Origin: Octopus vulgaris | Lineage: Eukaryota | Reading direction: 5' to 3' | DNA: 64,000 bases | Assembly: GCA_951406725.2 (NCBI GenBank) | Contig: OX597828.1 | Coordinates: forward strand, 34,286,001 to 34,350,000 | Shown: piece by piece, positions 14,274 through 28,666 of the stretch | Numbering within the stretch: position 1 is the first letter of the stretch | Layout of the letters: every line of letters begins with the position of its first letter | The notes under the pieces: model-generated | Databases searched by the model: none | Seen by the model: the letters and a program-made list of their open reading frames with translations, nothing else | What the model was told of the DNA's origin: nothing | Made by a program: the position numbers and the translations under genes

Positions 14274-14305
<32 letters not shown>

Positions 14306-14320
14306 TTTCTTCCTTGCTTC

Positions 14321-14351
<31 letters not shown>

Positions 14352-14354
14352 TTC

Positions 14355-14387
<33 letters not shown>

Positions 14388-14506
14388 TTTCTTCCTTCCT
14401 TCCTTCCTTCCTTTCTTTCTTTCATCCTTCCTTCCTTCCTTTATTTCTTCCTTCCTTCCTTCCTTCCTTCCTTCCTTCCTTTCTTCCTTTCTTTCTTCCT
14501 TCCTTC

Positions 14507-14547
<41 letters not shown>

Positions 14548-14554
14548 TTGCTTC

Positions 14555-14591
<37 letters not shown>

Positions 14592-14594
14592 TTC

Positions 14595-14627
<33 letters not shown>

Positions 14628-14730
14628 TTCCTTCCTTCCTTCCTTTCTTTCTTTCATCCTTCCTTCCTTCCTTTCTTCCTTCCTTCCTTTCTTTCTTCCT
14701 TTCTTTCTTTCTTTCTTCCTTCCTTCCTTC

Positions 14731-14767
<37 letters not shown>

Positions 14768-14953
14768 TTCCTTCCTTTCTTTCTTTCTTTCTTTCTTTCT
14801 TCCTTCCTTCCTTCCTTCCTTCCTTTCTTTCTTTCTTCTTTCTTTCTTTCTTCCTTTCTTCTTTCTTCCTTCCTTCCTTTCCTTTCTTTCTTTCTTTCTT
14901 GCTTCCTTTCTTTCTTTCTTTCTTTCTTTCTTCCTTCCTTCCTTCCTTCCTTC

Positions 14954-14986
<33 letters not shown>

Positions 14987-15341
14987 TTCCTTCCTTCCTT
15001 TCTTTCTTTCTTCTTTCTTTCTTTCTTTCCTTTCTTCCTTCCTTNNNNNNNNNNNNNNNNNNNNNNNNNNNNNNNNNNNNNNNNNNNNNNNNNNNNNNNN
15101 NNNNNNNNNNNNNNNNNNNNNNNNNNNNNNNNNNNNNNNNNNNNTCTTTCTTTCCTTGTTTCTTCCTTCCTTCCTATCTTCCTTCCTTCCTTTCTTTCTT
15201 TCTTTCTTTCTTCCTTCCGTCCTTTCTTTCTTTCTTCCTTCCTTCCTTCCTTTCTTTCTTTCTTCCTTCCGTCCTTCCTTCCTTCCTTTCTTTCTCTCTT
15301 TCTTTCTTTCTTTCTTCCTTCCTTCCTTTTTTCCTTCCTTC

Positions 15342-15374
<33 letters not shown>

Positions 15375-15729
15375 TTCCTTCCTTCCTTTCTTTCTTTATT
15401 TCATTCTTTCTTCCTTCCTTCCTTCCTTCCGTCCTTCCTTCCTTCCGTCCTTCCTTTCTTTCTTTCTTTCTTTCTTTCTTCCTTCCTTCCTTTCTTCCAT
15501 TCTTTCTTCCTTCCGTCCTTCCTTCCTACAATTCTTTCTTTCTTTCTTTCTTTATTCCTTCCTTCCTTCCTTTCTTCCTTCCTTCCTATCTTTCTTTCTT
15601 TCTTTCTTTCTTCCTTCTTTCCATCCATCCTTCCTTCCTTTCTTTCTTCCTTCCTTCCTTTATTCCTTCCTTTCTTTCTTTCTTCCTTCCTTCCTTCCTT
15701 CCTTCCTTCCTTCCTTCCTTCCTTCCTTC

Positions 15730-15774
<45 letters not shown>

Positions 15775-16277
15775 TTCCTTCCTATCTTCCTTCCTTCCTT
15801 TCTTTCTTTCTTTCTTTCTTCCTTCCTTCCTTTCTTTCTTTCTTTCTTTCTTCCTTCGTTCTTTTCTTTCTTCCTTCCTTTCTTTCTCTCTTTCTTTCTT
15901 TCTTTCTTTTCCTTCCTTCCTTTCTCCTTCCTTCCTTTCTTTCTTTCTTTCTTTCTTTCTTCCTTCCTTCCTTCCTTTCTTTCTTTATTTCATTCTTTCT
16001 TCCTTCCTTCCTTCCTTCCTTCCGTCCTTCCTTCCTTCCGTCCTTCCTTCCTTCCGTCCTTCCTTTCTTTCTTTCTTTCTTTCTTCCTTCCTTCCTTCCA
16101 TCCTTCCTTTCATTCTTTATTTCTTACTTTCTTCCTTCCTTCCTTCCTTCCTTCCTTCCTCCTTTCTTTCTTTCTTTCTTTCTTCCTACCTTTCTTTCTT
16201 TCTTTCTTTCTTCTTCCTTCCTTCATTTCTTTCTTTCTTTCTTTCTTCCTTCGTTCCTTCGTTCCTTCGTTCCTTCT

Positions 16278-16309
<32 letters not shown>

Positions 16310-16398
16310 TTCCTTCCTTCCTTTCTTTCTTTCTTTCTTCCTTCCTTCCTTCCTTCTTTCTTTTCTTTCTTTGTTTCTTCATTCCTTCCTTCCTTTCT

Positions 16399-16432
<34 letters not shown>

Positions 16433-16469
16433 TTTCTTCCTTCCTTCCTTTCTTTCTCTTCCTTCCTTC

Positions 16470-16503
<34 letters not shown>

Positions 16504-17130
16504 ATCTTCCTTCCTTCCTTTCTTTCTTTCTACCTTTCTTTCTTCCTTCCTTCCTTTCTTTCTTTCTTTCTTCCTTCCTTCCTTCCTTCCTTACTTACTT
16601 CCTTCCTTTCTTTCTTTCTTCCTTTCTTCTCTCCTTCCTTCCTTTCTTTCTTACTTTCTTTCTTCCTTCCTTCCTTCCTTTCTTTCTTTCTTTCTTTCTT
16701 TCTACTATCCTTCCTTCCTTTCTTCTTTCCTTCCTTCCTTCCTTCCTTCCTTTCTTTCTTTCTTTATTTCTATCTTCCTTTCTTTCCTTCCTTCCTTCTT
16801 TCCTCCCTTCCTTCCTTCCTTCCTTCCTTTCTTTCTTTCTTTCTTTCTTCCTTCCTTCCTTTCTTTCGTTCTTCCTTCCTTCATTCCTTCCTTCCATCCT
16901 TCCTTTCTTTCTTCCTTCCTTCCTTTCTGTCTTTCTTTCTTTCTTTCTTTCTTTCTTCCTTCCTTTCTTTCTTCCTTCCTTCCTTTCTTCCTTCCTTCCT
17001 ATCTTTCTTTCTTTCTTTCTTTCTTCCTTCCATCCATCCTTCCTTCCTTCCTTCCTTTCTTCCTTCCTTCCATCCTTCCGTCCTTCCTTTCTTTCATTCA
17101 TTCTGTCATTCTTCCTTCCTTCATTCCTTC

Positions 17131-17163
<33 letters not shown>

Positions 17164-17290
17164 TTCCTTCCTTCCTTCCTTCCTCCCTTCCTTTCTTCCT
17201 TCCTTCCTTACTTCCTTTCTTTCTTTCTTTCGTTCTTTCTTCCTTCCTTCCTTCCTTTCTTTCTTCCTTATTTTCTTTCTTCCTTCCTTC

Positions 17291-17321
<31 letters not shown>

Positions 17322-17414
17322 CCTTCCTTCCTTCCTTCCTTCCTTTCTTTCTTCCTTCCTTCCATCCTTCCTTCCTTCCTTTCTTTCTTTCATTCTTTCT
17401 TTCTTCCTTCATTC

Positions 17415-17447
<33 letters not shown>

Positions 17448-17971
17448 TTCCTTCCTTCCTTCCTTCCTTCCTTTCTTTCTTTCTTTCTTTCTTTCTTCCT
17501 TCCTTCCTATCTTCCTTCCTTCCTTTCTTTCTTTCTTTCTTTCTTCCTTCCTTCCTTTCTTTCTTTCTTTCTTCCTTCCTTCCTTCCTTCCTTTCTTTCT
17601 TCCTTCCTTCCTTTCTTTCTTTCTTTCTTTCTTTCCTTCCTTCCTTCCTTCCTTTCTTTCTTTATTTCATTCTTTCTTCCTTCCTTCCTTCCTTCCTTCC
17701 TTCCTTCCGTCCTTCCTTCCTTCCGTCCTTCCTTTCTTTCTTTCTTTCTTTCTTCCTTCCTTCCTTCCTTCCTTTCTTTCTTTCTTCCTTCCTTCCTTCC
17801 TTCCTTTCTTCCATTCTTTCTTCCTTCCGTCCTTCCTTCCTACAATTCTTTCTTTCTTTCTTTCTTTCTTCCTTCCTTCCTTCCTTCCTTCATTCCTTCC
17901 TTTCTTTCTTTCTTCCTTCCTTCCTTCCTTCCTTCCTTCCTTCCTTCCTTCCTTCCTTCCTTCCTTCCTTC

Positions 17972-18004
<33 letters not shown>

Positions 18005-18164
18005 TTCCTTCCTATCTTCCTTCCTTCCTTTCTTTCTTTCTTTCTTTCTTCCTTCCTTCCTTTCTTTCTTTCTTTCTTTCTTCCTTCGTTCCTTTCTTTC
18101 TTCCTTCCTTTCTTTCTCTCTTTCTTTCTTTCTTTCTTTCTTCCTTCCTTCCTTTTTTTCCTTC

Positions 18165-18205
<41 letters not shown>

Positions 18206-18292
18206 TTCCTTCCTTCCTTCCTTTCTTTCTTTATTTCATTCTTTCTTCCTTCGTTCCTTCCTTCCTTCCGTCCTTCCTTCCTTCCGTCCTTC

Positions 18293-18333
<41 letters not shown>

Positions 18334-18517
18334 TTCCTTCCTTCCATCCTTCCTTTCATTCTTTATTTCTTACTTCCTTCCTTCCTTCCTTCCTTCCTTC
18401 CTTCCTTCCTCCTTTCTTTCTTTCTTCCTTCCTTTCTTTCTTTCTTTCTTTCTTCCTTCCTTCCTTCATTTCTTTCCTTCTTTCTTTCTTCCTTCGTTCC
18501 TTCGTTCCTTCGTTCCT

Positions 18518-18563
<46 letters not shown>

Positions 18564-18744
18564 TTCCTTCCTTCCATTCTTTCTTTCTCCCTTCGTTCCT
18601 TTCTTTCTTTCTTCCTTCCTTCCTTCCTTCGTTTCTTTCTTTCTTTGTTTCTTCATTCCTTCCTTCCTTTCTTCCTTTCTTTCTTTCTTTCTTTCTTTCT
18701 TTCATCCTTTCTTCCTTCCTTCCTTCCTTTCTCTTCCTTCCTTC

Positions 18745-18785
<41 letters not shown>

Positions 18786-18899
18786 TTCCTTCCTTCCATT
18801 CTTTCTTTTTTCTCCCTTCGTTCCTTTCTTTCTTTCTTCCTTCCTTCCTTCCTTCGTTCTTTTCTTTCTTTGTTTCTTCATTCCTTCCTTCCTTTCTTC

Positions 18900-18930
<31 letters not shown>

Positions 18931-19367
18931 TCATCCTTTCTTCCTTCCTTCCTTCCTTTCTCTTCCTTCCTTCATTTCTTTCTACCTTTCTTTCTTCCTT
19001 CCTTCCTTCCTTTCTTTCTTTCTTTCTTTCTTCCTTCCTTCCTTCCTTCCTTACTTACTTCCTTCCTTTCTTTCTTTCTTTCTTTCTTTCTTCCTTCCTT
19101 CCTTTCTTTCTTTCTTCCTTCCTTTCTTCCTTTCTTTCCTTTCTTTCTTTCTTTCTTTCTTTCTTCCTTCTTTCCTTCCTTCCTTCCTTTCTTTCTTTCT
19201 TTCTTTCTTTCTTCCTTTCCTTCCTTCCTTCCTTCTTTCCTTTCTTTCCTTTCTTCCTTCCTTCCTTCCTTCCTTTCTTTCTTTCTTTCTTTCTTCCTTC
19301 CTTCCTTTCTTTCTTTCTTCCTTCCTTCATTCCTTCCTTCCTTCCTTCTTTCTTTCTTCCTTCCTTC

Positions 19368-19400
<33 letters not shown>

Positions 19401-19655
19401 TTCCTTCCTTTCTCTTCTCCTTCCTTTCTTCTTCCTTCCTTCCTTCCTATCTTTCTTTCTTTCTTTCTTCCTTTCCATCCATCCTTCCTTCCTTCCTTCC
19501 TTTCTTCCTTCCTTCCATCCTTCCGTCCTTCCTTTCTTTCATTCATTCTGTCTTTCTTCCTTCATTCCTTCCTTTCTTTCTTTCTTTCTTTCTTTCTTCC
19601 TTCCTTCCTTCCTTCCTTCCTTCCTCCCTTCCTTTCTTCCTTCCTTCCTTACTTC

Positions 19656-19692
<37 letters not shown>

Positions 19693-19739
19693 TTCCTTCC
19701 TTCCTTTCTTTCTTCCTTCCTTTCTTTCTTCCTTCCTTC

Positions 19740-19776
<37 letters not shown>

Positions 19777-19943
19777 TTCCTTCCATCCTTCCTTCCTTCC
19801 TTTCTTTCTTCCTTCCTTCCATCCTTCCTTCCTTCCTTTCTTTCTTTCATTCTTTCTTTCTTCCTTCATTCCTTTCTTTCTTTCTTTCTTTCTTCCTTCC
19901 TTCCTTCCTTCCTCCCTTCCTTTCTTCCTTCCTTCCTTACTTC

Positions 19944-19988
<45 letters not shown>

Positions 19989-20143
19989 TTCCTTCCTTCC
20001 TTCCTTTCTTTCTTTCTTTCTTTCTTCCTTCCTTTCTTTCTTTCTTTCTTTCTTTCCTTCCTTCCTTCCTTTCTTTCTTCCTTCCTTCCTTTCTTTTCTC
20101 TTTCTTTCTTTCTTTCTTTCTTCCTTCCTTTCTTCCTTCCTTC

Positions 20144-20180
<37 letters not shown>

Positions 20181-20386
20181 TTCCTTCCTTCCTTTCTTTC
20201 TTTCTTTCTTTCTTCCTTCCTTCCTTCCTTTCTTCCATTCTTTCTTCCTTCCGTCCTTCCTTCCTACAATTCTTTCTTTCTTTCTTTCTTTATTCCTTCC
20301 TTCCTTCCTTTCTTCCTTCCTTCCCTCTTTCCTTTCTTTCTTTCTTTCTTCCTTCCTTCCTTTCTCTCTTTCTTTCTTCCTTCTTC

Positions 20387-20418
<32 letters not shown>

Positions 20419-20932
20419 TTTCTTCCTTCCTTTCTTTCTTTCTTTCTTTCTTCCTTCCTTACTTCCTTCCTTTTTTTTCTTTCCCTCTTTCTTCCTTCCT
20501 TTCTTTCTTTCTTTCTTCTTCCTTCCTTCCTTCCTTTCTTTCTTTCTTTCTCTCTTTCTTTCTTTCTTCTTCCTTCCTTCCTTCCTTCCCTTTTTTCTCA
20601 ATTTCTTTCTTTCTTCGTTCGTTCGTTCGTTCCTTCGTTCCTTTATTTCTGTCTTTCTTTCTTTCTTCCAACCTTCCTTCCTTCCTTCCTTCCTCTCTTT
20701 TTTTCTTTCTTTCTTCCTTCCTTCATTTCTTTCTTTCTTTCTTCTTTCCTTCGTTCGTTTCTTCCTTCCTTCTTTTCTTCCTTCCTTTCTTTCTTTCTTC
20801 CTTTCTTCCTTCCTTCCTTCCTTTCTTTCTTTCTTTCTTTCTTCCTTCCTTCCTTCCTTTCTTTCTTTCTTTCTTTCTTTCTCTATCCTTCCTTCCTTTC
20901 TTTCTTTCCTTCCTTCCTTCCTTTCTTTCTTC

Positions 20933-20965
<33 letters not shown>

Positions 20966-21188
20966 TTTCTTCCTTCCTTCCTTCTTTCCTTCCTTCCTCC
21001 CTTCCTTCCTTCCTTCCTTCCTTCCTTTCTTTCTTTCTTTCTTTCTTCCTTCCTTCCTTTCTTTCTTTCTTCCTTCCTTCATTCCTTCCTTCCATCCTTC
21101 CTTTCTTTCTTCCTTCCTTCCTTTCTTTCTTTCTTTCTTTCTTTCTTCCTTCCTTTCTTTCTTTCTTCCTTCCTCTCTTCCTTCCTTC

Positions 21189-21219
<31 letters not shown>

Positions 21220-21391
21220 TTCCATCCATCCTTCCTTCCTTCCTTCCTTTCTTCCTTCCTTCCTTCCTTCCTTCCTTCCTTTCTTTCATTCATTCTGTCT
21301 TTCTTCCTTCATTCCTTTCTTTCTTTCTTTCTTTCTTCCTTCCTTCCTTTCTTTCCTTCCTCCCTTCCTTTCTTCCTTCCTTCCTTACTTC

Positions 21392-21424
<33 letters not shown>

Positions 21425-21804
21425 TTCCTTCCTTCCTTTCTTTCTTCCTTCCTTTCTTTCTTCCTTCCTTCCTATCTTTCTTTCTTTCTTTCTTTCTTCC
21501 TTCCTTCCATCTTTCCTTCCTTTCTTTCTTCCTTCCTTCCATCCTTCCTTCCTTCCTTTCTATCTTTCATTCTTTCCTTCCTTCCTTCCTTCCTTTCTTT
21601 CTTTCTTTCTTTCTTCCTTCCTTCCTTCCTTCCTTCCTTTCTTCCTTCCTTCCTTACTTCCTTTCTTTCTTTCTTTCTTTCTTTCTTCCTTCCTTCCTAT
21701 CTTCCTTCCTTTCTTTCTTTCTTTCTTTCTTTCTTCCTTCCTTCCCTCTTTCCTTTCTTTCTTTCTTCCTTCCTTCCTTCCTTTCTTTCTTTCTTCCTTC
21801 CTTC

Positions 21805-21845
<41 letters not shown>

Positions 21846-21949
21846 TTCCTTCCTTCCTTTCTTTCTTTCTTCCTTCCTTACTTCCTTCCTTTTTTTTCTT
21901 TCCCTCTTTCTTCCTTCCTTTCTTTCTTTCTTTCTTCCTTCCTTCCTTC

Positions 21950-21982
<33 letters not shown>

Positions 21983-22238
21983 TTCCTTCCTTCCTTCCTT
22001 TTTTCTCAATTTCTTTCTTTCTTCGTTCGTTCGTTCGTTCCTTCGTTCCTTTATTTCTGTCTTTCTTTCTTTCTTTCTTCCTTCCTTCCTTCCTTACTTA
22101 CTTCCTTCCTTTCTTTCTTTCTTCCTTTCTTCTCTCCTTCCTTCCTTTCTTTCTTTCTTTCTTCCTTCCTTCCTTCCTTTCTTTCTTTCTTTCTTTCTTT
22201 CTACTATCCTTCCTTCCTTTCTTCTTTCCTTCCTTCCT

Positions 22239-22274
<36 letters not shown>

Positions 22275-22518
22275 TATTTCTTTCTTCCTTTCTTCCTTCC
22301 TTCCTTCTTTCCTCCTTCCTCCCTTCCTTCCTTCCTTCCTTCCTTCCTTTCTTTCTTTCTTTCTTTCTTCCTTCCTTCCTTTCTTTCTTTCTTCCTTCCT
22401 TCCTTCCTTCCTTCCTTCCTTCCTTCCTTTCTTTCTTCCTTCCTTCCTTTCTGTCTTTCTTTCTTTCTTTCTTTCTTCCTTCCTTTCTTTCTTCCTTCCT
22501 TCCTCTCTTCCTTCCTTC

Positions 22519-22549
<31 letters not shown>

Positions 22550-22733
22550 CCTTCCATCCATCCATCCTTCCTTCCTTCCTTCCTTTCTTCCTTCCTTCCA
22601 TCCTTCCGTCCTTCCTTTCTTTCATTCATTCTGTCTTTCTTCCTTCCTTCCTTCCTTTCTTTCTTTCTTTCTTTTTCTTCCTTCCTTCCTTCCTTCCTTC
22701 CTTCCCTTCCTTCCTTCCTTCCTTCCTTACTTC

Positions 22734-22766
<33 letters not shown>

Positions 22767-22885
22767 TTCCTTCCTTTCTTTCTTCCTTCCTTTCTTTCTT
22801 CCTTCCTTCCTATCTTTCTTTCTTTCTTTCTTTCTTCCTTCCTTCCATCCTTCCTTCCTTTCTTTCTTCCTTCCTTCCTTCCTTC

Positions 22886-22922
<37 letters not shown>

Positions 22923-23176
22923 TTCCTTCCTTTCTTTCTTTCTTTCTTTCTTCCTTCCTTCCTTCCTTCCTCCCTTCCTTTCTTCCTTCCTTCCTTACTT
23001 CCTTTCTTTCTTTCTTTCTTTCTTTCTTCCTTCCTTCCTATCTTCCTTCCTTCCTTTCTTTCTTTCTTTCTTCCTTCCTTTCTTTCCTTTCTTTCTTCCT
23101 TCCTTCCTTCCTTTCTTTCTTTCTTCCTTCCTTCCTTTCTTTCTCTCTTTCTTCCTTCCTTTTTTTTCCTTCCTTC

Positions 23177-23229
<53 letters not shown>

Positions 23230-23439
23230 TTCCTTCCTTCCTTTCTTTCTTTCTTTCTTCCTTCCTTCCTTCCTTTCTTCCATTCTTTCTTCCTTCCGTC
23301 CTTCCTTCCTACAATTCTTTCTTTCTTTCTTTCTTTATTCCTTCCTTCCTTCCTTCCTTCCTTTCTTCCTTCCTTCCCTCTTTCCTTTCTTTCTTTCTTC
23401 CTTCCTTCCTTCCTTTCTCTCTTTCTTTCTTCCTTCTTC

Positions 23440-23512
<73 letters not shown>

Positions 23513-23592
23513 TTCCTTACTTCCTTCCTTTTTTTTCTTTCCCTCTTTCTTCCTTCCTTTCTTTCTTTCTTTCTTTCTTCCTTCCTTCCTTC

Positions 23593-23629
<37 letters not shown>

Positions 23630-24607
23630 TTCCTTCCTTCCTTCCTTTTTTCTCAATTTCTTTCTTTCTTCGTTCGTTCGTTCGTTCCTTCGTTCCTTTA
23701 TTTCTGTCTTTCTTTCTTTCTTCCAACCTTCCTTCCTTCCTTCCTTCCTTTCTTTTTTTCTTTCTTTCTTTCTTCCTTCATTTCTTTCTTTCTTTCTTCT
23801 TTCCTTCGTTCGTTTCTTCCTTCCTTCTTTTCTTTCTTTCTTTCTTTCCTTCTATCTTTCTTTCTTCCTTCCTTCCTTCCTTCCTTCCTTTCTTTCTTTT
23901 TTCTTCCTTCGTTCCTTTCTTTCTTTCTTTCTTCCTTCCTTCCTTCCTTCTTTTCTTTCTTTCTTTCTTCATTCCTTCCTTCCTTCCTTCCTTTCGTTCT
24001 TTCCTTCTTTCTTTCATCCTTTCTTCCTTCCTTCCTTCCTTCCTTCCTTCCTTCCTTTCTCTTCCTTCCTTCCTCCCTTTATTTCTTTCTTTCTTTCTTT
24101 CTTTCTTCCTTCCTTCCTTTCTTTCTTTCTTCCTTTCTTTCTTCCATCTTTCCTTTCTTTCTTTCTTTCTTCCTTCCTTCCTTCCTTCCTTACTTACTTC
24201 CTTCCTTTTTTTCTTTCTTTCTTTCTTCCTTCCTTCCTTCCTTTCTTTCTTTCTTCATTCCTTCCTTCCTTCCTTTCTTTCTTTCTTCCTTCCTTCCTTC
24301 CTTTCCTCCTTCCTCCCTTCCTTCCTTCCTTTCATTCTTTCTTTCTTTCTTCCTTCCTTTCTTCCTTCCTTCGTTCCTTCCTTTCTTCCTTTCTTTCTTT
24401 CTTTCTTTCTTCCTTCCTTCCTTCCTACCATTGTTTGTTTATTTCTTTCTTTCTTCCTTCCTTCCTTCCTTCCTTCCTTCCTTTCTTTCTTTCTTTCTTT
24501 CTTCCTACCTTTCTTGCTTTCTTTCTTTCTTTCTTCCTTCCTTCCTTCCTTCATTTTTTTCCTTCTTTCTTTCTTTCTTCTTTCCTTCGTTCCTTCGTTC
24601 CTTCTTT

Positions 24608-24643
<36 letters not shown>

Positions 24644-25041
24644 TCATTCTTTCTTTCTTCCTTCCTTCCTTCCTTTCTTTCTTTTTTCTTCCTTCGTTCC
24701 TTTCTTTCTTTCTTCCTTCCTTCCTTTCTTCCTTCTTTTCTTTCTTTGTTTCTTCATTCCTTCGTTCCTTTCTTCCTTTCTTTCTTTCTTTCTTTCTTTC
24801 ATCCTTTCTTCCTTCCTTCCTTCCTTTCTCTTCCTTCCTTCCTTTCTTTCTTTCTTTCTTTCTTTCTTCCTTCCTTCCTTCCTTTCTTTCTTTCTACCTT
24901 TCTTTCTTCCTTCCTTCCTTTCTTTCTTTCTTTCTTTCTTTCTTCCTTCCTTCCTTCCTTACTTACTTCCTTCCTTTCTTTCTTTTTTTCTTTCTTCTCT
25001 CCTTCCTTCTTTTCTTTCTTTCTTTCTTTTTTCCTTCCTTC

Positions 25042-25073
<32 letters not shown>

Positions 25074-25200
25074 TATCCTTCCTTCCTTCCTTCTTTCCTA
25101 CCTTCCTTCCTTTCTTTCTTTCTTTCTTTATTTCTTTCATTCTTTCTTCCTTTCTTTCTTTCTTCCTTCCTTCCTTCCTTCCTTCCTTCTTTCTTCCTTC

Positions 25201-25245
<45 letters not shown>

Positions 25246-25396
25246 TTCCTTCCTTCCTTTCTTTCTTTCTTCCTTCCTTCCTTCCTTCCATCCTTCCTTT
25301 CTTTCTTCCTTCCTTCCTTTCTGTCTTTCTTTCTTTCTTTCTTTCTTTCTTCCTTCCTTCCTTTCTTTCTTCCTTCCTTCCTTTCTTCCTTCCTTC

Positions 25397-25433
<37 letters not shown>

Positions 25434-25611
25434 TTCCTTCCATCCTTCCTTCCTTCCTTTCTTTCTTCCTTCCTTCCATCCTTCCTACCTTCCTCTCTTT
25501 CTTTCATTCTTTCTTTCTTCCTTCATTCCTTCCTTTCTTTCTTTCTTTCTTTCTTCCTTCCTTCCTTCCTTCCTTCCTCCCTTCCTTTCTTCCTTCCTTC
25601 CTTACTTCGTT

Positions 25612-25653
<42 letters not shown>

Positions 25654-26072
25654 TTCTTTCCTTTCTTTCTTCCTTCCTTCCTTTCTTCCTTCCTTCCTAT
25701 CTTTCTTTCTTTCTTCATTCCTTTCTTTCTTCCTTCCTTCCATCCTTCCTTCCTTCCTTTCTTTCTTTCATTCTTTCTTTCTTCCTTTATTCCTTCCTTT
25801 CTTTCTTTCTTTCATTCTTTCTTTCTTCCTTCCTTCCTTCCTTCCTTCCTCCCTTCCTTTCTTCCTTCCTTCCTTACTTTCTTTCTTTCTTTCTTTCTTT
25901 CTTCCTTCCTTCCTATCTTCCTTCCTTTCTTTCTTTCTTTCTTACTTTCTTTCTTCCTTCCTTCCTTCCTTTCTTTCTTTCTTTCTTCCTTCCTTCGTTC
26001 CTTTCTTTCTTCCTTCCTTCCTTTCTTTCTCTCTTTCTTTCTTTCTTCCTTCCTTCGTTTTTTCCTTCCCTC

Positions 26073-26113
<41 letters not shown>

Positions 26114-26417
26114 TTCCTTCCTTCCTTCCTTTCTTTCTTTTTTTCATTCTTTCTTCCTTCCTTCCTTCCTTCCGTCCTTCCTTCCTTCCGTCCTTTCTTT
26201 CTTTTTTTCTTTCTTTCTTTCTTTCTTCCTTCCTTCCTTCCTTCCTTTCATTCTTTATTTCTTTCTTTCTTTCTTCCTTCCTTCCTTCCTTTCTTTCTTT
26301 CTTTCTTTCTTTCTTCCTACCTTTCTTTCTTTCTTTCTTTCTTTCTTCCTTCCTTCATTTCTTTCCTTCTTTCTTTCTTTCTTCTTTCCTTCGTTCCTTC
26401 GTTCCTTCGTTCCTTCT

Positions 26418-26449
<32 letters not shown>

Positions 26450-27193
26450 TTCCTTCCTTCCATTCTTTCTTTTTTCTTCCTTCGTTCCTTTCTTTCTTTC
26501 TTTCTTCCTTCCTTCCTTCCTTCCTTCTTTTCTTTCTTTGTTTCTTCATTCCTTCCTTCCTTTCTTCCTTTCTTTCTTTCTTTCTTTCTTTCTTTCATCC
26601 TTTCTTCCTTCCTTCCTTCCTTTCTCTTCCTTCCTTCCTTTCTTTCTTTCTTTCTTTATTTCTTTCTTTCTTCCTTCCTTCCTTTCTTTCTTTCTACCTT
26701 TCTTTCTTCCTTCCTTCCTTTCTTTCTTTCTTTCTTCCTTCCTTCCTTCTTTCTTCCTTCCTTCCTTTCTTCCTTCCTTCCTCCCTCCCTTTCTTCCTTC
26801 CCTTTCTTTCTTTCTTTCTTTCTTCCTTCCTTCCTTCCTTTCTTTCTTCCTTCCTTCCTTTCTTCCTTCCTTCCTATCTTTCTTTCTTTCTTTCTTTCTT
26901 CCTTCTTTCCATCCTTCCTTCCTTCCTTTCTTTCTTCCTTCCTTCCTTCATTCCTTCCTTTCTTTCTTTCTTCCTTCCTTCCTTCCTTTCTTCCTCCCTT
27001 CCTTTCTTCCTTCCTTCCTTACTTCCTTTCTTTCTTTCTTTCTTTCTTCCTTCCTTCCTATCTTCCTTCCTTTCTTTCTTTCTTTCTTTCTTTCTTCCTT
27101 CCTTCTTCCTTCCTTCGTTCTTTTCTTTCTTCCTTTCTTTCTCTCTTTCTTTCTTTCTTTCTTTCTTCCTTCCTTCCTTTTTTTCCTTCCTTC

Positions 27194-27226
<33 letters not shown>

Positions 27227-27547
27227 TTCCGTCCTTCCTTCCTTTCTTTCTTTTTTTCATTCTTTCTTCCTTCCTTCCTTCCTTCCTTCCGTCCTTCCTT
27301 CCTTCCGTCCTTCCTTTCTTTCTTTCTTTCTTTCTTTCTTTCATCCTTCCTTCCTTCCTTCCTTCCTTTCATTCTTTATTTCTTACTTTCTTCCTTCCTT
27401 CCTTCCTTCCTTCCTTCCTTCCTCCTTTCTTTCTTTCTTTCTTTCTTTCTTCCTACCTTTCTTTCTTTCTTTCTTTCTTCCTTCCTTCCTTCATTTCTTT
27501 CCTTCTTTCTTTCTTCCTTCGTTCCTTCGTTCCTTCGTTCCTTCTTT

Positions 27548-27617
<70 letters not shown>

Positions 27618-28267
27618 TTCCTTCCTTCCTTCCTTCCATTCTTTCTTTTTTCTTCCTTCGTTCCTTTCTTTCTTTCTTCCTTCCTTCCTTCCTTCTTTCT
27701 TTTCTTTCTTTGTTTCTTCATTCCTTCCTTCCTTTCTACCTTTCTTTCTTTCTTTCTTTCTTTCATCCTTTCTTCCTTCCTTCCTTCCTTTCTCTTCCTT
27801 CCTTTCTTTCTTTCTTTCTTTCTTTCTATCTTCCTTCCTTCCTTCCTTTCTTTCTTTCTACCTTTCTTTCTTCCTTCCTTCCTTCCTTTCTTTCTTTCTT
27901 TCTTTCTTTCTTCCTTCCTTCCTTCCTTCCTTACTTACTTCCTTCCTTTCTTTCTTTCTTCCTTTCTTCTCTCCTTCCTTCCTTTCTTTCTTCCTTCCTT
28001 CCTTCCTTTCTTTCTTTCTTTCTTTCTTTCTACTATCCTTCCTTCCTTCCTTCTTTCCTTCCTTCCTTCGTTTCTTTCTTTCTTCCTTTCTTTCTTTATT
28101 TCTTTCTTCCTTTCTTCCTTCCTTCCTTCTTTCCTCCTTCCTCCCTTCCTTCCTTCCTTCCTTCCTTTCTTTCTTTCTTTCTTTCTTCCTTCCTTCCTTT
28201 CTTTCTTTCTTCCTTCCTTCATTCCTTCCTTCCATCCCTCCTTTCTTTCTTCCTTCCTTCCTTTCTG

Positions 28268-28305
<38 letters not shown>

Positions 28306-28624
28306 TTCCTTTCTTTCTTCCTTCCTTCCTTTCTTCCTTCCTTTCTATCTTTCTTTCTTTCTTTCTTTCTTCCTTCCTTCCATCCTTCCTTCCTTCCTTT
28401 CTTTCTTCCTTCCTTCCATCCTTCCGTCCTTCCTTTCTTTCATTCATTCTGTCTTTCTTCCTTCATTCCTTCCTTTCTTCCTTCCTTCCTTCCTTCCTTC
28501 CTTTCTTCCTTCCTTCCTCCCTCCCTTTCTTCCTTCCTTCCTTACTTCCTTTCTTTCTTTCTTTCTTTCTTTCTTCCTTCCTTCCTTCCTTTCTTTCTTC
28601 CTTCCTTTCTTTCTTCCTTCCTTC

Positions 28625-28666
<42 letters not shown>

